DNA of 63,822 nt, filler included, from Octopus bimaculoides (taxonomy: Eukaryota): assembly GCF_001194135.2 (NCBI RefSeq). It is 5 parts of 5 records of this genome, joined end to end, with 100 filler letters (N's around TTAATTAATTAA, not from the genome) between each part and the next. Parts side by side here need not be neighbours in the genome. Positions count along the whole stretch, not along the records: positions 33,233 to 50,896 come from NC_068994.1; positions 50,997 to 62,641 come from NC_068982.1; 3 more parts are not named here. One strand, given 5' to 3'. The notes beneath the pieces are model-generated. The model saw nothing but the letters and a program-made list of their open reading frames with translations, was not told the DNA's origin and ran no database searches. A program made the position numbers and the translations under genes. Shown here one piece after another: positions 38,995 through 52,800 of this stretch; within the stretch, counting starts at the first letter, position 1; every line of letters starts with the position of its first letter.

Positions 38995-41340
38995 TTCAGC
39001 TTTATTTTAAGATTTTTTTTCCGTTAGAGAAAGAGCCTGTTTCTAACCTAGATCCAAGGCTCCTTCATTGGAATTTCAACATCAACAGGGTATGTTTGTA
39101 TGTATGCATGTATGTATACATGTATGTATGCATGTATGTATGTATGTATGTTTGTATGTATGTGTATGTGCAGATTTGTATGTTTTGTTTTATGTATGTA
39201 TTCTCATGCATATAGTTGCATATCTAGACATGTTCATATATACTTAAATGATAAACTTCTGGAAAGTCTCACAGATTTTTACTGTTCCAGTGATGGCTTA
39301 GATCTGTAGTCTTTGAATTAGCTTTCTTTTTCTGATTTTGAGAAGCCTAATTTTTCAAGATTGGTATTTAGGTAGAGTGTTACATATCCCAGTGCCCCAA
39401 TAATTATAGGTATAAACCTGAACTTGTAATCTGGATAGAGTAGCTGTAGATTCATCAGGAGTTCAGCATAATATTTTCTTTTTTGTTGACCTTTAGCTTT
39501 GTGTTAACATCCACTGGGCAGCTGATTTCCAAACTGTACAGAGATTCTCTTCTGTATCCCATATTACTATGTCAGGTCTGTTATGTTTGCACTTCATTGA
39601 GGTTTTCACTGAGACATTCCACCTGTACTCCTCTTTTTTATTATGAGTGACTATGGTTTCTACCATACTGTAGGCTCTTATTTCTTTGGCCTCAGGGTTA
39701 TCCTTCCAATGAATCTCATTATATAGTGTCCAAGCTACAACATCACATCTCATCGATAGATAATACCATGTTTCTGGATAACTACTTATGATGTAGTGTG
39801 ATGTAGTGATCTTTGGTGTTAATTCTGCAAAGTTTACATCGGTTATCACATTTTGCTGCTTTTCCTGTTGGTGCATCAGGTATTTGGTTGATATTTCCTG
39901 TTCCTGGATTGCAAATGCATACCCTTCAAAGTTGGAGGTAGTAATCTGGTTGTTGGTCCAGATAGACTGCTTTGATGATCAATGTAACTATCATCCCAGA
40001 GCTTTCTACTAACATATCCATGCATAGTCTTCTGCTCATATACGCTCACCCTTTCACCTGATGATATATTGCTGTAGAGTTGTGTGACTTCTTTGAGCAT
40101 GTACTTAAGATTATCAGACAAGAAATGCTGTTCAAGGACCTGCTTTCCAAGTCTCATGATGTTATCAGCCTCATGTATGCAAACTTGGTCAAGGGATGCA
40201 CTTTGACACTTGGTGGTTAAAAGATGTTGCTAAAGGGATATGATACAACATTCAAAGACAGTCTGGATTGATGTTAAGCCTTTGCCCCCTTGTTTTCATT
40301 TTAGGTAGAGGTGGTCTATGTCATTGTTGATGTGGAAATTATGTGTGCTTGTTGATATCTTCCAGGTTTTCACATTAACGGTTTGAATCTCATCAAGCAT
40401 CAAATCAAGTAACCCAAATGTTGGTATGAGTACTGGCACTGCAAACACATCTTGGGCCACTGTTCTATTGAATGCAGAGAGTTCTGAAGTCCATATATTC
40501 TTTATTTGGCTGTAATATTCTTTAGTGACATGTGTCTTGTTACAAGTGCCATTGTAAGATGTTTTCAGATACAGGGGAAGCAATTAGGTCATTGATGGAG
40601 ATGTTGTTAGTCTGTTTTACAATTTTTCTTCCTTTCACAACCATCTCCAACACTATATCCTTTGACAATGTTGTAACCAGGTCAAAGCCCTTTTACATCT
40701 CATGCATATTCTTTGCATATAGTTTCAAGTCATCCACAAAGAAACAGTTTGTAACTTTGGTATTTCTGTTTCCTTGTGAACCAGTGAGATATGCTTCAGA
40801 CTTCCTTAACATGAATGACAAGGAGTTTACAGAAAGTATAAACAATATCACAGAGAGGCTGTCTCCTTACAATATACCTCTGTGATACTGTATTCTATCA
40901 GTGATAATATAGTCGCTTATTTGTATTTAACATCAAGATAGTGGCCTACAATGAAATCAGGTTAGCTGTGGCTTTGACTATCCTCACTGGAACTTTAACA
41001 AGTCAAAGGGCTTCTAGCATGCATGAGTGGGGGACAAGAGTCAAAGGCTTTCTTATTGTCCAGCCACATTGAAATGAGGTTCCTCCTATGCTCTTGCACC
41101 TCTGACATTACAGTTTTGTTTATCAACAGTTGCTTAGCACATCTCCAGACTCCCTTCTTCACAGCTGCTTGTTCTGCTGTGATGACGTTATCACTTTCAC
41201 AATGGTCTTGAAAGAAGAGGTTTAAACAAGCTGTATATATTTCATACATTAAGTTCTGGCATACAATTGGCCAGTAGGTTTTTACCATGTTGGTAGTTCT
41301 GCATTTGGCAATCAGTTTTCTCTCTGCCAGAGCTAAGAAG
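38995..41340 (-). mobile_element. Dong/R4-clade non-LTR retrotransposon (RT + restriction-like endonuclease), decayed
   Basis: KTYWPIVCQNLMYEIY (NYRPITCLNxxYK), WLDNKKAFDS, KCKHNRPDIVIWD (RLE PD motif), C-terminal GTVKICETF. Confidence 0.85.
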
Positions 41341-42767
41341 TATGGTATGCTATTGTTCCCTTTGAGAGCTTGCCAGTACAGGTTGATAAGATATATGTAT
41401 GTATGTCATTATTCAGTTTATTTCAAGATTTCTTGCCAATAGGGAAAGAGCAGGTTTCTCACCTAGCTCCAAGGCTCCTTCAATGGAATTTCAACATCAG
41501 CAACAGGGTATTTTTGTATGTATGTATGTATGTATGTATGCATGCATGCATGCATGCACATGCGTGTGTGTGTATTCATTCATTCATTGCTCAGGCATAG
41601 GTGTATGGCTAAGAAGTTTGCTTCCAAGCACACAATTTCAGATTTAAATTGTTCCTCCTGATCTTTATATTAAATTGTATATATTTATTTGTTTATTCCA
41701 AAATCCCTGTATTCTCATCCAAAATGTAAATGTGTACCAGACACACACTGAGGAATGTATGGGCCAGGTTCTGGTGCTGTCTTGAGGGCAGCTACTTTGA
41801 GTAAGCTGCTATCTCCCAGCCATAATCTAGTTGATATTTTTTGAGTTTTTAAAATACTTGTAATTTTGAATGGATTATTGTATTTCAATTTCTGTTTATG
41901 CAAACTGTCAAATTTAATCTAAACACCTTGTGTATGAATATAATCTGTATGTATGTGTGTGTTTATGTGTGTATGTGTACTGTCTATTTGTCTTGACATT
42001 GCATGATAGTTGCAAACAACTATCACCATACAAGTGGTTTGTCTGTTTGCAATCCTTTTGTGAAAACCTGTCTGACCACAGGGAAATATTTCCCTGCTTG
42101 AAAATAAGAGTTGGCAAATGGGAGGATATCCACCCAGAGAAAGTCTAGTTCAACAGATTCCATCTGACACATGTCTGCATGGAAAAGTGAATATCAAAAT
42201 GATGATGATTTAATGTGTGTGTGTGTTGATTTCACCCTTGCCAGTTGAGTAGATTATAGTTGACTGAAGAAGTTTTATTTGACTGAAATGTATGTGTTAC
42301 AGTCTGCTATCTATATCAGGTGCAACAATCATGCACAGATTACAACAGCAATCAAATATTTCCCATTAAAAAAACAATACACATTTGACCAAAGCCAAAA
42401 CAATGTTCAAGTGAAACCATGCAAACTGAATACCACACAAAGAAAAAATACACCACTATTTTCTTTATTTTCAAACATTTCAAGTATCTGATTTTATTAA
42501 AGCTGTCTTTATTGCTTGTTGTTTTCAGATATGGTTTTAAAACTTCAAGTGTGCAATAGAGTGACTTGATAAACTTTGATTAGATTATCCATGCAATTAG
42601 TTGATACAAAGACCATAAGGACTATTTGTTTACTAATTACAAGGATAATTTAGTCAAATATTTTTGTCTTTCTGTGTTGCACTTACAAAGTTTTATGATA
42701 TGTGTATTTAGCATCAAGATAGCTTCACTGAGGTGTATTTTCTCAGCTTTACAACATAAATCAGCCT

Positions 42768-43137
42768 AGAGTCTAGGCTAGCCAAAGTAGCATAAGTTTG
42801 ATAGAATTTATCAATGTTTATGTCAAATCATAAAACATTTCACAAATTATATTTTACTTGAATGAACAAGAAGCAATAATGGCTGAGAATCAACCAAAAT
42901 TGGCTAATACATTTATAGGATGTTTATTTCTCAAATGACTTTGAAAACACCATCACATAGCTCAAAATCATTTAAAAAATAAACATTATATAAATGTATC
43001 AAGCAAATGTTTGATTCTCAGCAGTTATTGCTTCTTGTTCATTGAAGCAAAATTTAATTTGTAAAATGCTTTACCATTTGACATGTAAGCTTTGATGTAT
43101 TTCTCTCAGACTTAAGTGACATGTAGCCAAAGTCTGA
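42768..43137. repeat. Long imperfect inverted repeat (foldback), arms about 175 bp, loop about 15 nt
   Basis: For example attttacttgaatgaacaagaagcaataatggctgagaatcaa (42851+) vs the reverse complement of ttgattctcagcagttattgcttcttgttcattgaagcaaaat (43011+); pairing continues inward to about 42945/42960. Confidence 0.9.
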
Positions 43138-44529
43138 ATTCCTAATAAAATATCTCTATCAGATGCAACAGTTGTGCATGGATTGCGGCTGTAAAGTAAT
43201 CATACATTTCACATTAAAAAAGCAAAACAAGTTTGACCAAAACCAAAACAATAATCAAGTGAAACCAGGCTGAGTATCATGTAAACTCTGTGTGTGTGTG
43301 TATGTGTATGCATATGTATATATATGTGTGTGTGTGTGTGTATGCATATGTATATATGTGTGTGTGAATATATATGTGTGTATGTATGTGTGTGTATGTG
43401 TGAGCATGTTTATGTAAAATCATACATACAGACAACGAAAAATTAACTTAAAAAACACCCCAAAACACATACCTAGAGAATGAGAAATATTTTTACATGG
43501 AGAAGGTTAACAGTGACTTTGAAGAGGAGGAGGGGAGGGGAGAAGGAAGTGGTGGAATAAGGAAAGGAATAGAATCAGAAATAAAAGAGAAAAGAGAAAA
43601 GAAAGAAGAAAGGGTTAAGATAAGAAGATGAAAAAGAAAAGGAAGAAGGTGAAGAAATGGAAGATGGATAGGGAGGAGGAGGAGATTATATATGGTGGTA
43701 AAGGTCAGTAAGTTGAAGTGGTGTTGGAGTGGTATGGAGTTAGAGTGGCAAAATTCACTAAAATATTTTTGACAATACAAATTGAGCTGAAATCAGCCAT
43801 AGGTGGATCTAATGCATGGAAACTAGAAAAATGTATTTTATGGCCTGGGTGGCACCTACCTAAAAGCAAACCATGTAACCAGATGCCTTAATGATGACTG
43901 CTTCTCATTGTCAATCAAGGCACATATGCATATAAAGATACAAATAGATAATCATATATACACAAACATTTCCATACATGTACGAATGCACAAACACAAA
44001 CATACACACATATATATTAACATACACATATGCAAGCATGAACACTATCATCCAGACACATGGTGAATCCTGCTCATCTTCCATACCACCAAGGTAGCCA
44101 TATACATATATAGATAATAACACAGCTGTTACACACATTTGTGTATAACTTGGAATTAAAATGCAGCATGCCTTCTGTTAACTTTTAAACACCCATGCAT
44201 TTCACAAGTTTCCCACTCACAATCCAGTCAAGTATCCAAGACATGACAACTTGTGGGGAAAGAGGATTACCTCCCAGCACTGGTGCTGTATTTTATTTGT
44301 CACAGAAAAAGAAAACTTAGCCTTGGCATGATTTAAACTTAGACTATGAAGAACTAGTTATTGGTTTGTGACCATACTTGGTACTGTTTTGTAGGGTTTT
44401 AGTCAAACAAATCACACCCAGTTTTTATTTTAAAATCAGGTACTTATTCTATTGATTACTTTTGCCATATTGCTAAGTTATGAGGATGTAAAAAAATCAA
44501 CGCTGTTTGTCAAACAGTGAGGCAGACAA

Positions 44530-44568
<39 letters not shown>

Positions 44569-45088
44569 GGGCTTCCTCATTCAAGGCATTGGAATGGCTT
44601 AGGGATATAGTAGGAGATACTTTTCTTAAGGTGCCATGCATTGGTACTGAGCCCACAACCACGTGGGAGCAAAGCAAGTTTTTTAACTACACAACCATCA
44701 CACACACATAACATGAGCTTCTAAACAGTTTTTGTCTACAGAATTTCACAAGCATTAGTTAGCACAAGACTTGTAATAGAACACACTTATCCAATGTTTC
44801 ATGCTATGACATAAATCCCCAGACCACATGTGCTTGTGAAGGGAAATTCTGGTTCATTACAGCCAAGTGGGTACTCATAATAAAAAAAAAAGATTACATT
44901 GAAAAATAAAACTCTTCAAAGGTAACTTAGTGACTTTATTAAAGATTGTGGTACTTTTTCACTTTTGCTATTTTCAATAATTTAGTGTTTCCTATACTCT
45001 AAGATCAAATGTTGAGAGGATTCAATGCAACCACTACATATTAACAATGACTGGAACTGTCATTGAAGGCAACTAAACAACCCTCTTA

Positions 45089-47828
45089 TCTATAAATATG
45101 AAATTGAATTTCTGTCTGTTAGTTTGCTTGTCTGTCAAAATGAAAGTAAAGACAGCAAATCTGTAGGAGTAGCCTCACTCTGGTTCAGATTCAAAACTGA
45201 ATCTTTCAATTTTCCTTGGGCATATAGCCTATCAAGTTAAACAATACCAATTAGGGGGGAATATAAGCAGTAATGAGGCCTTCCAGCACATATTTGGATT
45301 TCCAGTCCACGAAAGGTACCCAGCTATTCAACAACTTTCTGTGCATTTAGAAAATGGTCAAAGGGTTTTCTTCACTGCTGAGACAGCTGCAAATCAAGTT
45401 TTTAATCCAAAGGATACCACTTTAACAACCTTTTTCAATCTTTGTCGGGGGGGGGGGGACAATTTTGCAAAAATGCTGCTATATCACAAGGTTCATTCTT
45501 ATTACACATGGAGTAATAATAAACAGAATAGACACAAAATAGGTACAAATGTTCAAGGTCATTCTGGGATTAAGTTATTGTACAACAATTGGTAGGGTTT
45601 ATACTGTACATCCTAACGAAAATGAATGCTTTCATCTCAGAATGCTTCTTCATGTAAAAAGAAGATCAACTTCATGGGAAAGTTTGAAAGAAGTTGATGG
45701 TGAGATTTGCAGAACATATTGAGAAGCTTGTTTGAAGTTAGGTTTGCTTGCAAATGATCAGCAATGGGAAGCAACACTGGAAGAAACCTCAATATGATAA
45801 ACACCAAAGAGTTTAAGAAATTTCTTTGCTTTTATTCTCAAAAATTGTGAAGTAAGTAATTCTATTGAACTGTGGAATAAGTTCAGAAATGATCTTGCTG
45901 AAAATTTCAAGCACCAAGTTCAGTTGAGTAATCCTGAGCAAGATATTGGTTTCACTGATGCTATATCTAATGCGGGTTTGATTGAAATAGAATATCAAAT
46001 CATTTTGATGGGGGGAGGGGGGTGAACCTATAAAAAATTTGGGTCTCCCACTAATTAATAGAGGGGATTTTAACACTCTGTCCTCTGAATTAATGAGGGA
46101 AATTTCCTATGATATGGAGGAACTGACCATGTACATAAATGATAATCTTCCCAAGCTTTTACCTGATTAATATCGTGCATATTCCACTGTCATAGAAAGT
46201 ATTAACTATAACATAGGAGGACTTTATTTCTTAGATGTTTCAGGAAGTACTGGGAAAACATTTGTAATTAAACTCCTCCTGGCTAAGGTTCATCAAGAAA
46301 ATAAAATAGCTTTAGCTACTGCTACTTCTGGGATTGCAGCAATATTACTACCCAGAGGTTGGACTGCCCATTCAACATTCAGGCTATCTTTACATTTATC
46401 TAACAAAGAAGATCCAGTTTGTAATATATCTAAAAATTCTGCAATGGGTGAACTAATACAAAGATGTCACTTAACTGTCTGGGATGAATGTACCATGGCC
46501 CACTAAAAGGCTTTTGAAGTTGTAGACAGAACAGTATGAGACATTAAAAATTTTAATTCTATGATGGGAAATGTCATAGTATTATTGTCAGGAGACTTCT
46601 GACAAACACTACCGGTTGTTCTGAGAGGAACAAAAGTGGATGAGCTCAATGCTTTAATATAATAAAGTCTTCTGTATTATGGCACCATGTGAAAACGCTT
46701 CAACTTTCGACAAATTTGAGACTGAGGCTTTCAAGAGATCAATCATCTGAACTATTTGCAGAGTAGCTTTTGAAATTTGGCGAAAGGGGAGTTGCTATTG
46801 TTGAAGATCAGTTTCCTACACTCAATCCAATATGTAATTCAGCTGATTCTGTTGATGATTTGGTGGTTGAAATCTTTCTGAACCATCTTCATAATTACAA
46901 CAATACAGATTGGATCTGTGAGCAAGCTATCCTGGCTCCAAAAAATGTTGCTGTAAATAGCATTAATAATATGCTTTTGAATAACCTTCTGGGAAAAGTA
47001 TTCACTTATAACTCAATTGACAGTGTTTTTGATAATCAGGATAGTGTTAACTACCCCATCGAATTTTTGAACTCACTAGAACCATTGTCTTCAGCTGAAG
47101 AAAGGGACTCCTATTATGCTATCGTATAATTTTGTCTCAACCAAAATCATATAATGGTACAAGGCTAATTGTGCACAACCTTACGAGGAACTGCATTAAA
47201 GCAAATATTCTCACTGGTTATGATAAAGGTGAGATCATTTTCATTCCTCGCATACCAGTTATACTATCTAATGTCCCATTACAATTTAAGCCCATCCAAG
47301 TTTCTTTCTCCATGCGCATTAATAAAAGTCAGCCAAACACTAAAAATTGCTGGATTGCAACTTGAAGAACTATTTTTTTCACATGGCCAACTTATGTAGA
47401 GGCATCATGTGTGGAAGCAAAAGCAAATTATTTTGCTTATGCACTCCGAAAAAAACAAAAAAAACATTGTTTATAAAGAAACATTCACTCTTAATGCAAC
47501 AGGAATACTTCAATAACTTAATTTGCTATTACTATCATTATATTCAAGAATGAGTAAATTACTTATTTAAATGAAGTGTATTATATAATTGCCATTGGTG
47601 TATTGGTAAATAAAATAACACATACAATTCACTTATTGTCATACAATAAACAAACAGAAGTTCAGATATGAAATTGATCTTTTTTCTACTTCAATTATTA
47701 AATGTTTTTCTCTTATAAAATACACATATACTGGAGGAGTAAATTATATATATATAGTAATACTTTGAATGTGGCTCCTGAGAAAGAGTAAAAGTAATTA
47801 CTCGATCAATGACAGGTATTGCTGTTAG
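45089..47828 (+). mobile_element. Helitron, internally deleted, decayed Rep/PIF1-helicase region
   Basis: 5' TC terminus (tctataaat...); VHLENGQRVFFT, GSTGKTFV, DECTMAH, SGDFxQTLPVV and QAILAPKN motifs; degenerate 3' end (gttagt). Confidence 0.9.
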
Positions 47829-48429
47829 TGTTAAATTAAGTAAAATCATCTCTTGTCCCACTTGTATACTACTTTATAAGTAATATCAAATAACAGTAGA
47901 CAGAAAGGCACTCTCAGTAAACAACATACTATAGTTTCATGAAGATTGCCTGACATATTGTTTGTGATGTTTTATGATCTTTGACAACAAAGGGCTTCTC
48001 GCCACATGCAAATTTCAGGCTTGCCAGTGAAAACCATTTACAAACTCAGTATGTGTGCAAATGTAAACATTTTCCCATCATACATGTGTGTGTGTGGTGT
48101 GTTTCTGTGAGTGTATATATACACATATACACGTGTATATATTTATGTATAAATGTATGCATATATATATATATATGTATTCATATGTATGTATATGTGT
48201 ATATATGTATATGTATATATCTGTTGAGTGTATGTGCATATATACATGTGTGTGTGTGTGTGTATACATACATATATCAGTTGAGATATTGTGTGTACTT
48301 TTGCACATACAGATGATTTATAATTCAAGATATAATTATCTTTTAATATATAGACATATATCTCCATATATGTACATATGTATGTGCACATGCTCAGGCA
48401 CACACACACATGCACGCACAATATTTTTG

Positions 48430-48461
<32 letters not shown>

Positions 48462-48699
48462 NNNNNNNNNNACGTAGGTAGGTAAGATAAAATCCCATCC
48501 TTTTCCTCTTGAAGCACATCTGCTTATTTCACTATTACAACCCAGTATGTAGTTGCTAATAGGAAACTCCTTACATGTCTTTCTTACATGTAAAACTCTG
48601 TGATTCCTGTTAGTGAATGAAACATGTGTAATGCTGAATAAATAATAGCAAAAGATTTTTCAAACTTCTTGTTTTGTTTATATATATATATCATGCATA

Positions 48700-49135
48700 A
48701 CCAAAGATAAACCCCTGTACTTGGCTTTTGTTGACTTGGAGAAAGCCTTTGACAGGGTCCCCCGATCCCTTATCTGGTGGTCAATGTGGAAACTAGTTAT
48801 AGATGAGTGGTTGTTGAGAGCTGTACAAACCATTGCAGGGATGCTACCAGTAAGATGAGGATTGACAATGAATACAGTGAAAATTTCTGGGTACACGCAG
48901 GGGTTCACCAAGGATCGGTCCTCAGTCCCCTTGTTCATCATAGTCCTCCAGGCAATAACAAAGTAATTTAAGACAGGCTATCCCTATGAGCTCCTCTGTG
49001 ATGCTGACCTTGTTCTTATAGCTGAATCATTATCAAAACTAGAGAAGTATCAGGTATGGAAGCAAGATCTAGAATTGAAGGGACTTAGAGTTAACCTAGC
49101 AAAAACCAAAGTCTTAGTAAGTAGGAAGGCGGACA
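48700..49135 (+). mobile_element. RTE RT fragment; a second fragment lies on the minus strand at about 49765-49980
   Basis: LYLAFVDLEKAFDRVPRSLIWWSM...GVHQGSVLSP motifs. Confidence 0.85.
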
Positions 49136-49149
49136 AACCAACACACAGA

Positions 49150-49193
<44 letters not shown>

Positions 49194-50261
49194 ATGCATT
49201 AAAAGTCAGTTTGAATCTTGCTTGCTTGCAATGTTACCCAGCCAAACTGGTGTATAATGGGAAAATACTATGAATTAAGTTTACCCTGAAATGTTAGTAT
49301 GAATGGAATGAAACAAGTTTTGCATAAATCAGTAAACTTGTTTACAAGATATTAGAGATTTTATAAATCTCTAATAAATACCCAAAACGGTGCATACTAG
49401 GAAAATGTTCCAAAAATAATCTTCATCCTGAAAGGGAAAAAACTCTTATCTTTCTATTAGACAATGAGTATGTAATTTATGTAATAAATTTTCATAATAA
49501 ACATTTTTCTGTTTTAAAACACTGTATCTTGATTGGTTTATGTGAGGTGGCCAAAAACTTTTGCACAGCCATTTTTGGTGGTTGTCTCACTTCTTCCTCT
49601 GTCATTCAGAATTCATACTACAAAATATAATGATGAGGAATGGAAATGACTCCAACAGGGCCAATGTTTCATCTGTAAAAAATGCAATGCAAAACCTCCA
49701 CTTATAAGTTGGCGAAATTTAATCTTATGACAGTTTTCTATAAGAAGATCATCAGGATGTAGCCGTTCTCAGGAGCAGCTGGTCTTAAATTCCTCTGTTA
49801 TAGCTTCGAGTACATTGAAAAAGAGGAGATTGAGAACCAAGCCCCAGTGAACTCTGACTTGTACTCTAAATTCATTGCTGAACTCCTGGATAACTCTCAC
49901 CTTACTGACAGCATCCCTGTATATGACTTGTACAGCTTTCCCAAACCATTCATCAGTTTCTAGCTTCCACAGAAACCACAATCTACCTCTCTCTGTCTTA
50001 CACTTTTCCTCCCTCTACAACACTGTCTTTCACTCTCTCTCCCTTTCCGCATATATATATCTCTCACGCATTCTGCCCTCTCCCTCTCACCCTCTTGATA
50101 TAGACGTGATGCATGTCAGTCAGGAGACTGTCTCTGACTGTTTGTCCCTCTCTCCATTTTTTTACATTTTTCTCATTGTGAACTTCCTCCTGTCTATATA
50201 TTTACCACACTCTCACAATCTTTCTCTGTATATGTATATCTCTCATGCTGAGTGTGTGTGG

Positions 50262-50307
<46 letters not shown>

Positions 50308-50309
50308 AT

Positions 50310-50865
50310 GCGTGAGGTATTTCATTAAAGCAACAGTGTCGAAAGAACCTCCCAAAGTATCAGCAGTGAGTTGATGAGACACATGAACAGAGAAGAAATG
50401 GAGCAAGCATGAGCTTCTGTCACACAATCTCAGGAGACATCTGAGTATAGGATGCATTGATTAGATAATAAGCACACAAGAGCCTCCATCACATGGGCTC
50501 AGAAGATGATGTCCTATTTCATTCAAGTTCAATTTCCAGTGCATCTTAGTTTTGCCATGACCATCAACAAATTGCAAGAGAAAGCATTTTTGATTACCAG
50601 TTTAAATCTTGAACAGTCCTGCTTCACCCATGCTCAGCATCACATTGGATGTTCAAGAGTAAGAAGTAAGAAAAATCATTACATCTATGCACCCAGTGTA
50701 AAAACTTTGTTGAGACATTATAAATTGCTCCAAATAATGCAGAAACCTGTCCTGATCAAGAGGCTATCCATTGAGGAAGACATGGTCTGACATGGAATAA
50801 AAAAAATTTAAAAGAAAAGCCATTCTGTCATGACAGTTACCTGGCAATGATGGGCTATTCAGCTA

Positions 50866-50866
<1 letters not shown>
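50310..50866 (+). mobile_element. Helitron 3' fragment
   Basis: QFPVHLSFAMTINKLQ helicase motif; ends acctggcaatgatgggctattcagCTAG-t, a decayed terminal hairpin plus CTAG. Confidence 0.8.
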
Positions 50867-50896
<30 letters not shown>

Positions 50897-50996
50897 NNNN
50901 NNNNNNNNNNNNNNNNNNNNNNNNNNNNNNNNNNNNNNNNTTAATTAATTAANNNNNNNNNNNNNNNNNNNNNNNNNNNNNNNNNNNNNNNNNNNN

Positions 50997-51040
<44 letters not shown>

Positions 51041-51729
51041 CGGGCTTCTTTCAGTTTCCATCTACCAAATCCACTCACAAATCTTTGGTCGGCCAGGATC
51101 GAAGCTAAAGCTGAAGAGACTTACTCAAAGTGCCGCACAGTGGCACTGAACCCAAGATCGCATGAATAGGAAGCAAGCTTCTTAAACACACAGCCACACC
51201 AGCGCCTATAATTCTGCATTTTATTTCAGATCTGTTTCGGAAAGTTGCATCTCGTCAGAGTGTTTTTGCCATTCTTCATCGGTTAGTTAAAGGAGTTTGA
51301 ATCTAAATTGCTTCAAATAGCAGTAGCTTATCAGTCAATAATATTAACATTTGCATATGATTCATTAGTCGACGACGTTGTTAATTAAATCATTTACATT
51401 TGCCCAGAACCTCAGCACTTACACATTCGCACATACACACACGCAAACACACACACGCTCACTCTACACACGTACATACACCCTACAGGTTGTAGTGTAT
51501 GTACACTGCATAATATGATCCTACTTATACCGAAGATAAGTAGGAAGAGGGAATCGTTTTTGATTACATAACTTGGTACACAGGCCAGTTCGATCAAGTT
51601 CGATTTCTGGCTAAACAGCAACAATAACAACAACAACAAAGAAACAAGCAAATAAACAAACAAAATATTTGAATATAAAACTTTCAACAAGCGAAACCGT
51701 GATATACACCTCTATATATTCACTTTGAA

Positions 51730-52126
51730 CTCTTTTACTCTTTTACTTGTTTCAGTCATTTGACTGCGGCCATGCTGGAGCACCGCCTTTTAGTCGAACA
51801 AATCGACGCCAGGACTTATTCTTTGTAAGCCTAGTACTTATTCTATCGGTTTCCTTTTGCTGAACCGCCAGTGTTACGCGGACGTAATCACTCCAGCATC
51901 GATTGTCAAGCAATGTTGGGGGGGGACAAACACAGACACACAAGCATATGCACAGACATACATATATACGACAGCCTTCTTTCAGTTTCCGTCTACCAAA
52001 TCCACTCACAAGGCTTTGGTCGGCCCGAGGCTATAGTAGAAGACACTTGCCCAAGGTGCCACGCAGTGGGACTGAGCCCGGAACCATGTGGTTCGTAAGC
52101 AAGCTACTTACCACACAGCCACTCCT
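51730..52126 (-). mobile_element. tRNA-derived octopus SINE with an internal microsatellite (example; also about 5819-6305, 20572-21045, 44400-44700, 50996-51205)
   Basis: Minus: ggagtggctgtgtggtaag (A box)...gggctcagtcccactgcgtggcaccttgggcaagtgtc...[CA/TA repeats]...gactgaaacaagtaaaagagtaaaagag tail. Confidence 0.85.
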
Positions 52127-52584
52127 ACAATATATTTTCAGAAAAGTTAGGGGATATGATATACTATTTCACGATTATATTTACATTTTCACATGCAAAA
52201 TCATGTTTTGACAGGTTGAGCCTGTGGCAGTGGAGACCATATCCCTACTCACCGCTATCCGAGCGGAGATGNNNNNNNNNNNNNNNNNNNNNNNNNNNNN
52301 NNNNNNNNNNNNNNNNNNNNNNNNNNNNNNNNNNNNNNNNNNNNNNNNNNNNNNNNNNNNNNNNNNNNNNNNNNNNNNNNNNNNNNNNNNNNNNNNNNNN
52401 NNNNNNNNNNNNNNNNNNNNNNNNNNNNNNNNNNNNNNNNNNNNNNNNNNNNNNNNNNNNNNNNNNNNNNNNNNNNNNNNNNNNNNNNNNNNNNNNNNNN
52501 NNNNNNNNNNNNNNNNNNNNNNNNNNNNNNNNNNNNNNNNNNNNNNNNNNNNNNNNNNNNNNNNNNNNNNNNNNNNNNNNNNNN

Positions 52585-52618
<34 letters not shown>

Positions 52619-52624
52619 TTGGAT

Positions 52625-52800
52625 AATAAAATAAATGGTGTTTTGGAGAATTTATCGCAATTGCTTCCTCCAGAGTCATGTCCCAATGATGATCATATTC
52701 GTCGCAAAAAATGGTACGATATGCTGATCTACGACCTCTAGGAGTAAAGTTGAAAAAGTGTGACACACTGACACACTGACACTCACATTTATCATATTAT
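52625..52800 (-). mobile_element. Helitron fragment (5' end joined to RepHel internal piece)
   Basis: DHHWDMTLEEAIAINSP resembles Helitron DxHWxxTLxEA; AT-rich 5'-end-like sequence with gtgtcag repeats recurs at about 53075-53115 and 53468-53520. Confidence 0.5.

Noticed and set aside
44221-44249. 29-nt minus micro-exon candidate encoding MSWILDWI (Sar1/Arl-like start)
   Set aside because: Too short, AAG acceptor, and no downstream GTPase exons found.
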